Position numbers and translations under genes: made by a program. From Candidatus Fraserbacteria bacterium (GTDB taxonomy: Bacteria; Bipolaricaulota; Bipolaricaulia; RBG-16-55-9; DRXL01), in the NCBI GenBank assembly GCA_947085185.1, contig CAMTVK010000006.1:34839-98838 (forward strand): a stretch of 64,000 nucleotides of DNA, written 5' to 3'. Positions 8,880 through 16,485 of this stretch are shown here, one piece after another. Each line of letters opens with the position of its first letter. Position 1 is the stretch's first letter. The notes below the pieces were generated by a model. It saw only the letters and a list, made by a program, of their open reading frames with translations. It had not been told where the DNA came from and ran no database searches.

Positions 8880-11428
8880 GTCCCTGTCTTCATGCAGCAG
8901 TGTTTATATTTCTTCCCTGAGCCGCAGGGGCACGGGTCATTGCGTCCGACTTTGTGCGGGGCGCGGCGCGGCTGGGCCTTGGGCTTCTCTGGCTGGGAGT
9001 TTCCCGCGATCGCTGTGATCTCATCGTGGCGATAGCTCACGGACTCGATCCGTGCCGGCTGTCCCGGCTGCGCCGCGACGATCTTCAGCTGGGGCTTGAT
9101 GAGATAGCTCACGATCTGTTCTTCGATCCGCCCGAGCAATTCTTGGAAGAGCTGGAACGACTCGCGCTTGAATTCTAGCAACGGGTCGCGCCCCGCATAC
9201 GCGCGCCAGCCGATCACATCTTGGAGTTCATCAAGGGCGAACAGATGCTGCCGCCAGTTCTCGTCAATGAGATGTAAGATCATATAGCGGGCCAGGTGGG
9301 GGAAGGCCCCGCCGAGTCGTGCCGCCTGTGCGTGATAGTTTTTCAGCAAAAAGTCCAGAATCTTCGTGCGGGCCTCATCGGGCGAGAGCCCCGCGACTGT
9401 GAAGTCTAACGGGGCGTTCTGGAAGCCCGCAAGCTCTTTGTGGAGGCTCTCATCGTCGCGCTCCGCCCCAGAGAGATAGCGCGCGATCAGGGTCTCTGCG
9501 TAGCTTTCGATCAGGCCGGTGAGATAGTCGTCTAAGGCGCTCTCTTGTGGTGCGCTTCCCAGCAGAAACCGTTCGCGCAGACTATAGATGGCTTCGCGCT
9601 GGCGCGCCATCACCTGATCGTATTCGATGAGTCTTTTTCTGATGCCAAAGTAGTGAATCTCCACGCGCTTTTGCGCGTTACGGATCGCTTTGGTCAGCAT
9701 GGGGTGTTCGAGGGCTTCGCCCTCGATCATGCTCTTCTTCACAAACGAGAGCAATTTGCTGTCGCCGAAGAGTCTAATTAAGTCATCTTCGAGGGAGACG
9801 TAGAACTGGGAGCTGCCGGGGTCGCCTTGGCGGCCGGCGCGCCCGCGCAGTTGATCGTCAATTCTGCGGCTCTCGTGGCGCTGCGCCCCGATGATATGCA
9901 GTCCGCCCAGCTCCACTACCCCTGCGCCGAGCTTAATATCTACCCCGCGTCCGGCCATGTTGGTCGCTACGGTGATCGCGCCCTTCTGGCCTGCGTCTTT
10001 GATAATCTCTGCTTCGCGCTCATGGTGTTTGGCATTGAGCACGTTGTGGGGCAGCCCACGGCGAAAAAGCAGTGTGCTCAAATACTCAGATTTTTCTATG
10101 GAAGTGGTGCCGATGAGCACCGGGCGCCCCAGCTCGTGCAAGCGATAGGTCTCTTCGACAATAGCATTGAACTTCGCTTTCTCAGTCGTAAAGAGCTTAT
10201 CGGGCAGGTCCTGACGGATCATGGGCTTATGGGTGGGGATAACGACCACAGAGAGCCCGTAGATCTGCTGAAATTCTTCTTCTTCGGTCTTCGCTGTGCC
10301 GGTCATGCCCGCTAATTTCTTATAGAGCTTAAAATAGTGTTGCAGGGTGATGGTCGCGAGAGTCTGCTGCTCTTTGCGGATCTCCAACCCTTCTTTGGCT
10401 TCGATCGCTTGGTGGAGCCCGTCGCTCCAGCGGCGGTCGGGCATCAAGCGCCCCGTAAATTCATCAACGATGATGACGCGCCCGTCCTTGACGATATAGT
10501 CGCGCTCTCTCTTATAGAGATGGAGTGCGCGCAGGGCTGTCTCCAAGTGTTTTAACAGATCGACGTGCTCTGGGGCGTAGAGATTGTCGACTTTTAAGAT
10601 CTCTTCGGCCTTCTTGACGCCGACCTCGGGGGTGAGGTGCACCCGTCGGGCTTTCTCGTCTATTTCGAAGTCGACGCCCTTCTGAAAGCGTGGGGCGATC
10701 GCCGCGAACTTCTTATAGAGCTTAATAGTCTCTGACGTGCTGCCAGAGATAATCAAGGGCGTGCGGGCTTCGTCAATTAAGATGTTGTCTATCTCGTCTA
10801 TGATGGCGAAATCGAGCCCCGTCTGGACTCGTTGCTCCCGCGAGATCACTAAATTATCTCGAAGATAGTCAAAGCCAAATTGGGTATTTGTCCCGTAGAT
10901 AATATCGCACTGATAGGCGTGCTTCCGCTCTTCGGGGGAGCTTGTCTCTTGGAGGAGTCCGACTTTCAGCCCGAGGGCTTCATAGATTGGGCCCATCCAA
11001 TGGCGATCGCGCTTGGCCAAGTAATCGTTGACCGTGACGATGTGCACTTTCCCAGCGAGCGCATTGAGATAGGCGGGCATGGTGGCGACGAGCGTCTTGC
11101 CCTCGCCGGTCTTCATCTCGGCGATCTTGCTCTTATGAATGACGATGCCACCGATGAGCTGGACATCGAAGGGGCGCAGCCCGATCGTACGTCGGGCGGT
11201 CTCGCGCACCACCGCGAACGCCTCGGGCAAGAGATCGTCGAGGGTCTCGCCCTGGGCGAGTCTATCTTTAAACTCGTCGGTCTTGGCCCGCAATTGATCG
11301 TCGGAGAGCTTTTGTATTTCTGGCTCGAGTCTGTTAATCTCATCGACGATGGGCTGGAGCCTTCTGAGTCGCTGTTCGTTGGTCTCGCCGAAGATCCAGT
11401 CTACGGCGCGCTTGAGAAAGTCTGCCAT
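8876..11428 (-). CDS. secA: Preprotein translocase ATPase SecA
   Basis: DEAD-like motor domains, preprotein cross-linking domain, C-terminal zinc-binding CPCGSGKKYKHCC. ATG at 11428 (MADFLKRAV...) preferred; GTG at 11437 is the alternative. The stop overlaps acyP's stop convergently. Confidence 0.95.
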   Translation of the reverse strand: MADFLKRAVDWIFGETNEQRLRRLQPIVDEINRLEPEIQKLSDDQLRAKTDEFKDRLAQGETLDDLLPEAFAVVRETARRTIGLRPFDVQLIGGIVIHKSKIAEMKTGEGKTLVATMPAYLNALAGKVHIVTVNDYLAKRDRHWMGPIYEALGLKVGLLQETSSPEERKHAYQCDIIYGTNTQFGFDYLRDNLVISREQRVQTGLDFAIIDEIDNILIDEARTPLIISGSTSETIKLYKKFAAIAPRFQKGVDFEIDEKARRVHLTPEVGVKKAEEILKVDNLYAPEHVDLLKHLETALRALHLYKRERDYIVKDGRVIIVDEFTGRLMPDRRWSDGLHQAIEAKEGLEIRKEQQTLATITLQHYFKLYKKLAGMTGTAKTEEEEFQQIYGLSVVVIPTHKPMIRQDLPDKLFTTEKAKFNAIVEETYRLHELGRPVLIGTTSIEKSEYLSTLLFRRGLPHNVLNAKHHEREAEIIKDAGQKGAITVATNMAGRGVDIKLGAGVVELGGLHIIGAQRHESRRIDDQLRGRAGRQGDPGSSQFYVSLEDDLIRLFGDSKLLSFVKKSMIEGEALEHPMLTKAIRNAQKRVEIHYFGIRKRLIEYDQVMARQREAIYSLRERFLLGSAPQESALDDYLTGLIESYAETLIARYLSGAERDDESLHKELAGFQNAPLDFTVAGLSPDEARTKILDFLLKNYHAQAARLGGAFPHLARYMILHLIDENWRQHLFALDELQDVIGWRAYAGRDPLLEFKRESFQLFQELLGRIEEQIVSYLIKPQLKIVAAQPGQPARIESVSYRHDEITAIAGNSQPEKPKAQPRRAPHKVGRNDPCPCGSGKKYKHCCMKTGT

Positions 11429-11464
11429 CGGTGACACCTCTCCGTGATGGACACTCTATTGTAC

Positions 11465-13702
11465 TCAGCGCGGTTGGGCAAGCAAGTCCTTGAGCTGTGC
11501 TTCCATCTGGGCGAGCGCGGCGGCTTGGGCTTTGAGCCGAGTGAGCTCATCGGGATCGGTGAGCCGGCGGCTGCGCTCGATCTCTCCGATGCGTCTGAGA
11601 ATCTTCTCTTTGAGCTGGGCGATGACGGCCAGACCGCGCTCGAACTGGGCGCGGGCGGCCTCAAGTGCGCCGCGCTCGCGATGCAGCATCCCCTGCACTA
11701 AATACGCTCGGGGATAGTCGGGATGCTCTTGCAAAAATTTTGCTAACTCACCCCACACCAGCGTGCGGTCCCCTTGAGAGACGAGCACGAGCACCCGCTG
11801 CATAAATTCGGCTTCCAAACGCATAGCGGGTTCTGGGTCCAGGCGCAAGAGCTTCTGCAAGTGCTCGCGAGCGCGCTGGGTCTCCCCCAGGCGTAAGTCC
11901 AGTTCGGCTAACTGAATATACGTGTTCTCTACGGGATAAGACTTAAGAGAGCGCTCAAAGAGCTCGCGAGCGCGTTGGAGCTCCCCTTGCTCTCCGTAGA
12001 TGACCCCTAGATAATAGAGAGCTTTCCCGGGCGCGATCGCCAAAGCGACGCTGCGCTCTAGCGCGATGCGCGCCAACTCATACCGAAGATTATTGATTTC
12101 AGCTTCCCCTTCATCGAGAGCGATGTCCGCTTGCCAATCGCGATACGCAAAGACCGAGACAGTCACAGCCAACACAAGAGCCGTGACACCCACAGCGATC
12201 TTGGCAGACGATCCGAGCGTCACCGTGGGTGCCGGGCCGAGCAGCGGGCGCGTATAGAGCAGACTGATCAAGAGCACGAGGTTGAGCTCCGATGCCGGCA
12301 GGTGCAACGGAAAGCTCACGAGCGCATCCGTGAGGAACGCGACGAGACCTGCGCCGAGCGCCACCACCCAAAGCCGGCGCTCAGGGGACTCTGACGAGCG
12401 CACGAAGCGATGCGCTCTCGCTATCAGGGTGCCCGCAAATATCCCGAGAGCTACCAGGCCGATCAGCCCCAGCTCGGCGATCAATTGCACGTAGTCGTTA
12501 TGGGCTTGGATCGCCCGGGGCAGATAGAAATTATACTGCTGTCCCAGCGGGGTCTCCTTGAAGCGCGCTTTATATTCTAAGAATTCGACTTTATAGTCCC
12601 CCAAGCCCACCCCGACAAACGGGTGCGCCTTGAGCATTTCATAAGCGATCCACCAGTTCCAGGTGCGCGCGATCCCGGAGTTCTCCTCCCAGAGGCGCTG
12701 AAAGAATTTGGCGATCTGTTCGATAGGTGACGCCTCAAGGGGGGCCGCGCGGCCCAGAAGGGAGTTCAGCGGTCCCGGCGGCGACTGCAGCCAGACCACA
12801 AGCGCCAAGAGAATCACGACAGCGAGCACCCAACGGCGTTGGCTCGCTATCGCTGATCTGAGCTGAAAGATCAGCATCCCCCCAAAGAAGAAGATCACAG
12901 AGGCCAAAGCAGCGAGATACGCCCCGACGGAGTTTGCTGCCACAAGGGCCGCGACCATCACAATTAAGAGGGCTACAAGCCCAAGCCGCACCACGCGACT
13001 CTGTGTCATCACCGAGAGAAAGACCCCGGGCACGAGCAGATGCGCCAAGAACCCCGCCAGATAATTGGGATTCCCAAACGTCGAGATCATCGCCGGGCTG
13101 CTCCCTAAAAACCCCGGCGGCCCCGGCAATCGCCCATAATACTGCAGGAGCCCATAAACTGAAGCAATGGCCGCCGACAGCAAGAGCGCGCCCAGAAGAA
13201 TCTTTATGTCGCGCTCACTCTCGACGGTGTTGACGATGAGCACACCCAACAGCCCAAAATAGATCAGCCCGACGAAGCTTATCAGACTTAAAGCGAGATT
13301 CTCAGCATTGATCAGCGAGAGTGCACACGCCCCCAAGACTCCCAGAGCCGGCCAAGCAAGCTGTGTCACGCTGAGCTCGGTCTGAGCACGCAAGAAAATC
13401 TCTAAAGCCCATAAGACTACTAACGTTGAGATGCCCCCATAGAGCACGGCGCTTTTAGTGTAGCCGTACTCGGTGTTGGGCAGATAGATCACAATGGGCA
13501 CGGCGAAGACGAGCGCGACTAAGAGCCAGAAGCGCAGCCGGGGAAGCGACACTAATCGCAAGCGCGCTGCAGCGCGCTCCAGGAGCGCCCGTGCGACCTC
13601 TCCCCCGGCCCCTCCCCTAAAGAGGGAGGGGAGCTTCTTCTCTCTAGGAGAGATTCTGGAGTACTTAGGTTGCTTATAGGCTTTCCGTGTTCTCCGGGCC
13701 AT
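11465..13702 (-). CDS. O-antigen ligase (Wzy_C/WaaL-like) polytopic membrane protein with C-terminal TPR repeats
   Basis: About 12 TM helices followed by a ~250-aa TPR-like region (AYRDWQADIALDEGEAE...). ATG at 13702 (MARRTRKAYKQ) chosen. The track ORF begins at an upstream TTG (13723) inside the repeat element. Confidence 0.65.
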   Translation of the reverse strand: MARRTRKAYKQPKYSRISPREKKLPSLFRGGAGGEVARALLERAAARLRLVSLPRLRFWLLVALVFAVPIVIYLPNTEYGYTKSAVLYGGISTLVVLWALEIFLRAQTELSVTQLAWPALGVLGACALSLINAENLALSLISFVGLIYFGLLGVLIVNTVESERDIKILLGALLLSAAIASVYGLLQYYGRLPGPPGFLGSSPAMISTFGNPNYLAGFLAHLLVPGVFLSVMTQSRVVRLGLVALLIVMVAALVAANSVGAYLAALASVIFFFGGMLIFQLRSAIASQRRWVLAVVILLALVVWLQSPPGPLNSLLGRAAPLEASPIEQIAKFFQRLWEENSGIARTWNWWIAYEMLKAHPFVGVGLGDYKVEFLEYKARFKETPLGQQYNFYLPRAIQAHNDYVQLIAELGLIGLVALGIFAGTLIARAHRFVRSSESPERRLWVVALGAGLVAFLTDALVSFPLHLPASELNLVLLISLLYTRPLLGPAPTVTLGSSAKIAVGVTALVLAVTVSVFAYRDWQADIALDEGEAEINNLRYELARIALERSVALAIAPGKALYYLGVIYGEQGELQRARELFERSLKSYPVENTYIQLAELDLRLGETQRAREHLQKLLRLDPEPAMRLEAEFMQRVLVLVSQGDRTLVWGELAKFLQEHPDYPRAYLVQGMLHRERGALEAARAQFERGLAVIAQLKEKILRRIGEIERSRRLTDPDELTRLKAQAAALAQMEAQLKDLLAQPR

Positions 13703-13728
13703 TCCGTGTTCTCCGTGATTCAAAAATA
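13685..13728 (-). repeat. Copy 1 of ~45-nt CACGGA-hexamer array element (minus-strand sense TGAATCACGGAGAACACGGAATGGCCCGGAGAACACGGAAAG)
   Basis: Four CACGGA/CCCGGA hexamers spaced 9-10-9 bp, spanning the stop of the upstream CDS and the ATG of the downstream CDS. About 85% identical to the copy at 50827..50872. Confidence 0.5.
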
Positions 13729-14409
13729 CCCTAACGCTCTGAGGCGCTCCATCAGCCCCTCTTTGTCGGTGCCACGCCCGGCCCGCTCCGCCACATCTCT
13801 ATCGGGGACGGGCTTGGTGCACGGCACACACCCCAAACTGCGATAGCCCTTATCGTAGAGAGAGCAGTACGGCAATTGATATTTTTTAATATACTCCCAG
13901 ATGTCGCGCTCGCGGAAGTGCAGGATGGGATGAACCCGAACGTGATCGGCCCTTGGAGAGAGATAGAGCTCTTGGGAGCGCGCTTGGTGCTCGTCCCAGC
14001 GCACGCCCGTAATAAGCGCGCGCCATCTATATTTGTGAATCGCTTGAGTGAGCGCCTCCGTCTTGAGGCGCTTGGTGCAAAAGAGACAAAACTGGGGATC
14101 GTCGGTGGGCGGGGCTTGCTCGAGGGCTTGGCGGTTTTGATAGACGACGAGCTGGAAGCCCCACTCGCGAGCAAGACGATCCCGATAGTCATAGACTTCA
14201 GGGAAGTCTACGGTCGTATCGATGTGCAAGACGGGGATGGGGATGCGCCCCTTGCCGGCCCGCCGCACCAGATCGAGCGTCACGAGAGAATCCTTCCCGC
14301 CCGTAAACGCCACGGCCATCTCGCTCCCAAACTCTGCCAGCGCTTGCTTGAGAATTTCTAAGCTCTTCTGCTCGCGCTCAAGAAGCGTCCACGAAGAGAT
14401 ATCGTTCAT
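13720..14409 (-). CDS. PAPS-reductase/ATP-sulfurylase-family protein (CysH-like phosphoadenosine phosphosulfate reductase)
   Basis: AFTGGKDS PP-loop motif and C-terminal LGCVPC cysteine pair. ATG at 14409 (MNDISSW...) has a reasonable upstream spacing; the track ORF extends to 14553. Confidence 0.7.
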   Translation of the reverse strand: MNDISSWTLLEREQKSLEILKQALAEFGSEMAVAFTGGKDSLVTLDLVRRAGKGRIPIPVLHIDTTVDFPEVYDYRDRLAREWGFQLVVYQNRQALEQAPPTDDPQFCLFCTKRLKTEALTQAIHKYRWRALITGVRWDEHQARSQELYLSPRADHVRVHPILHFRERDIWEYIKKYQLPYCSLYDKGYRSLGCVPCTKPVPDRDVAERAGRGTDKEGLMERLRALGYF

Positions 14410-14437
14410 AGAGTGTCCCCTTTCTCGCGTGAGTATA

Positions 14438-15685
14438 TCAGATTTTTGTGATCGTTGCCCGATAGACGCTTTGTGCGTACTGAACCAGTCCCGCGGGGAC
14501 GACGGGCCAGATCGCGCTCCACAGGCGCGGACGCCGAAGAAGCTCTCGCGCAATCCTGCTGGGATAGTCTATATCCCCAAATCGCTCGATCAGTCTGCGC
14601 ACGTGAGGGCTCTTGAGTACTGTGAGGGCTTGCGCGATCTGGGCATCGTTGAGCTGCGTGAGCATCTGATGGGCAGAGAAGCCGAGGGTGAGCTCTCTTG
14701 CGAGCTGAGCGCGCCAGAGCTTCTCGTATTCTCTGAGTGTGCCTGCGTCAGTATGGCCGGAGAGCGCGCATCGGGCCGCGACTTCTCCAGCGATCCGCGC
14801 GCAGAGCATGCCCGTATAGATTCCCCCACCGCTGGTGGGCTTCGCTTGGCCTGCAGCGTCCCCGACGATGAGAACCCCGTCAGCGACGGTGCGCTCCGCC
14901 GGGCCGATGGGGATCATCCCTGACTGATACGAGAGGATCTTCCCGGAGTTATGATATTCCGTGCGCAGGCGCTCGAAGCACTCTTGGGCTTTGTGGAAGA
15001 GATCGGTGGCCAGCCCCACGCGGGCGGTGCCGTCGGCAGCGGGAACGGACCAAGCGAAGCAGTTTGCTGCCCAGCGCTTGCCAAAGAAGACCTCGACGAA
15101 GTCCCCTCTCACTCTGCCGTTCCCATCTTCTTCAGAGAGCAGAGGGGTTGCAATGAGCGCTTGGAGCCCTAAGAGAATCTTGTGTGGGCGGGGCAGGCCG
15201 GCTTGTTGGGCTAAGATACTGTGAGGGCCATCAGCGCCGATGATGACCGAAGCACTGAGAGACTGTCGGGCGCCGCTGGGGGTCTGGGTGACGAGCGTGC
15301 GCGCTCTCTTCTTGTAGGGGCCAAGCGCGACGGCGCGCGTCCCAGTCTGGACAATGACCCCGACTTTCGCGGCGCGCTCGACCAAGAACTGATCGAATCT
15401 ATCCCGATTGATGACGTAGGCGCGGACGCGGTCGCCGCCCAGTTCATACACGGAGCCGTCGGGGGAGTGCACGCGCACGCCGGTGATCGTCCGGACGATA
15501 AGAGTGTCTGGGGCGCGGGCGAGCCGCCAGCCCCGAAGACTCAACAGCCCTGTGCACTGAATCGGGCGCCCGATCTGAGTATGCTCTTCGAGCAAGAGCA
15601 CGTGGGCCCCGTGGCGAGCAGCGATATATGCTGCGGTGGCGCCCGCGGGGCCGGCGCCTACCACGATCACGTCATAGTGTTGCAT
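14438..15685 (-). CDS. FAD-dependent geranylgeranyl reductase-family oxidoreductase
   Basis: N-terminal Rossmann VIVVGAGPAGATAA. Overall ~415-aa architecture fits the geranylgeranyl reductase / digeranylgeranylglycerophospholipid reductase family. Confidence 0.7.
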   Translation of the reverse strand: MQHYDVIVVGAGPAGATAAYIAARHGAHVLLLEEHTQIGRPIQCTGLLSLRGWRLARAPDTLIVRTITGVRVHSPDGSVYELGGDRVRAYVINRDRFDQFLVERAAKVGVIVQTGTRAVALGPYKKRARTLVTQTPSGARQSLSASVIIGADGPHSILAQQAGLPRPHKILLGLQALIATPLLSEEDGNGRVRGDFVEVFFGKRWAANCFAWSVPAADGTARVGLATDLFHKAQECFERLRTEYHNSGKILSYQSGMIPIGPAERTVADGVLIVGDAAGQAKPTSGGGIYTGMLCARIAGEVAARCALSGHTDAGTLREYEKLWRAQLARELTLGFSAHQMLTQLNDAQIAQALTVLKSPHVRRLIERFGDIDYPSRIARELLRRPRLWSAIWPVVPAGLVQYAQSVYRATITKI

Positions 15686-15712
15686 AGTCAGAAACCAAAG
15701 GGCTTATGATCC

Positions 15713-16120
15713 TCACTTGCTCTTCTTAAACTCAGGAAGTCCCAAGCACCGCCGCAACAGCTGGCGCACTTCTTTCGCAATCTTGACAGCTTCCTTAGCT
15801 TCTTCTGCAGTCGGTTCCTCCCCAGGGTAGCGAGGCATGACGCTATATGCGTTGAGCATCTCCAACAAAGGATGGAGTGATTGCAACAAAACATCTTGTT
15901 TCTGACACAGCTGGAGCAGCCGCAAGAGATCGTGTGTCTTGGGGAAGGCTACTCGCCTCTGCACCAGAAATGCTTTCAAATATTTCTCTGCACTTTGCTG
16001 GGCATGAAAACAAATACTGTTAGTCAATTTCTTTTTTTGTCGGCTCAAGATCAAAGCGACCTGGAAATCTTCTTCAGCCTTCTGAACCCAGGCGCGCACG
16101 TCCTCGCGAGGAGCGCTCAT
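15713..16120 (-). CDS. HEPN-domain protein (HepT-like toxin partner of the adjacent MNT)
   Basis: ~135 aa all-helical protein, adjacent to and overlapping an MNT nucleotidyltransferase gene. ATG at 16120 chosen. Overlaps the MNT gene by ~47 nt. Confidence 0.65.
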   Translation of the reverse strand: MSAPREDVRAWVQKAEEDFQVALILSRQKKKLTNSICFHAQQSAEKYLKAFLVQRRVAFPKTHDLLRLLQLCQKQDVLLQSLHPLLEMLNAYSVMPRYPGEEPTAEEAKEAVKIAKEVRQLLRRCLGLPEFKKSK

Positions 16121-16466
16121 AGAGCACCCAGCCTTGGCGTACCACCTCCTGCAGGAACGGATCAAACCAGGTATTCAATCGCTTTGCGAATTCCGACGGC
16201 GTCAGAACGATCAAATCGAGAGGGTAGCGGCGCGGCTCAAAGTATCGCGAGACGAGCTGCTGCCGCCTGGCCAAGCTCTTTTCCGAGGTCGCAAGGACAA
16301 TGAGAAGATCTAAGTCACTCTCAGTGCTCGGCTTCCCATAGACGTGCGACCCAAAGACAATTACTCTCTCAGCGTTGAGCTCATGCACGAGCCGGCGCAC
16401 ACACGCTCGTAGCCAAGCTTCAACCGATGACGCTAGCTTAATAAACCTCTTCTTCTCTTCCCACAT
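16074..16466 (-). CDS. Minimal nucleotidyltransferase (MNT/MntA-like antitoxin)
   Basis: VIVFGSHVYGKPSTESDLDLLIV, the canonical GS...D.D NTase motif. 130 aa. Located 20 nt downstream of the S8 protease gene on the same strand. Confidence 0.75.
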   Translation of the reverse strand: MWEEKKRFIKLASSVEAWLRACVRRLVHELNAERVIVFGSHVYGKPSTESDLDLLIVLATSEKSLARRQQLVSRYFEPRRYPLDLIVLTPSEFAKRLNTWFDPFLQEVVRQGWVLYERSSRGRARLGSEG

Positions 16467-16485
16467 CGCATCGTATTATATCGTA

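Noticed and set aside
15713-16466. HEPN and MNT fused into a single gene
   Set aside because: Considered because of the ~47-nt overlap. The frames differ and each has its own ATG, so they are called as two overlapping genes.
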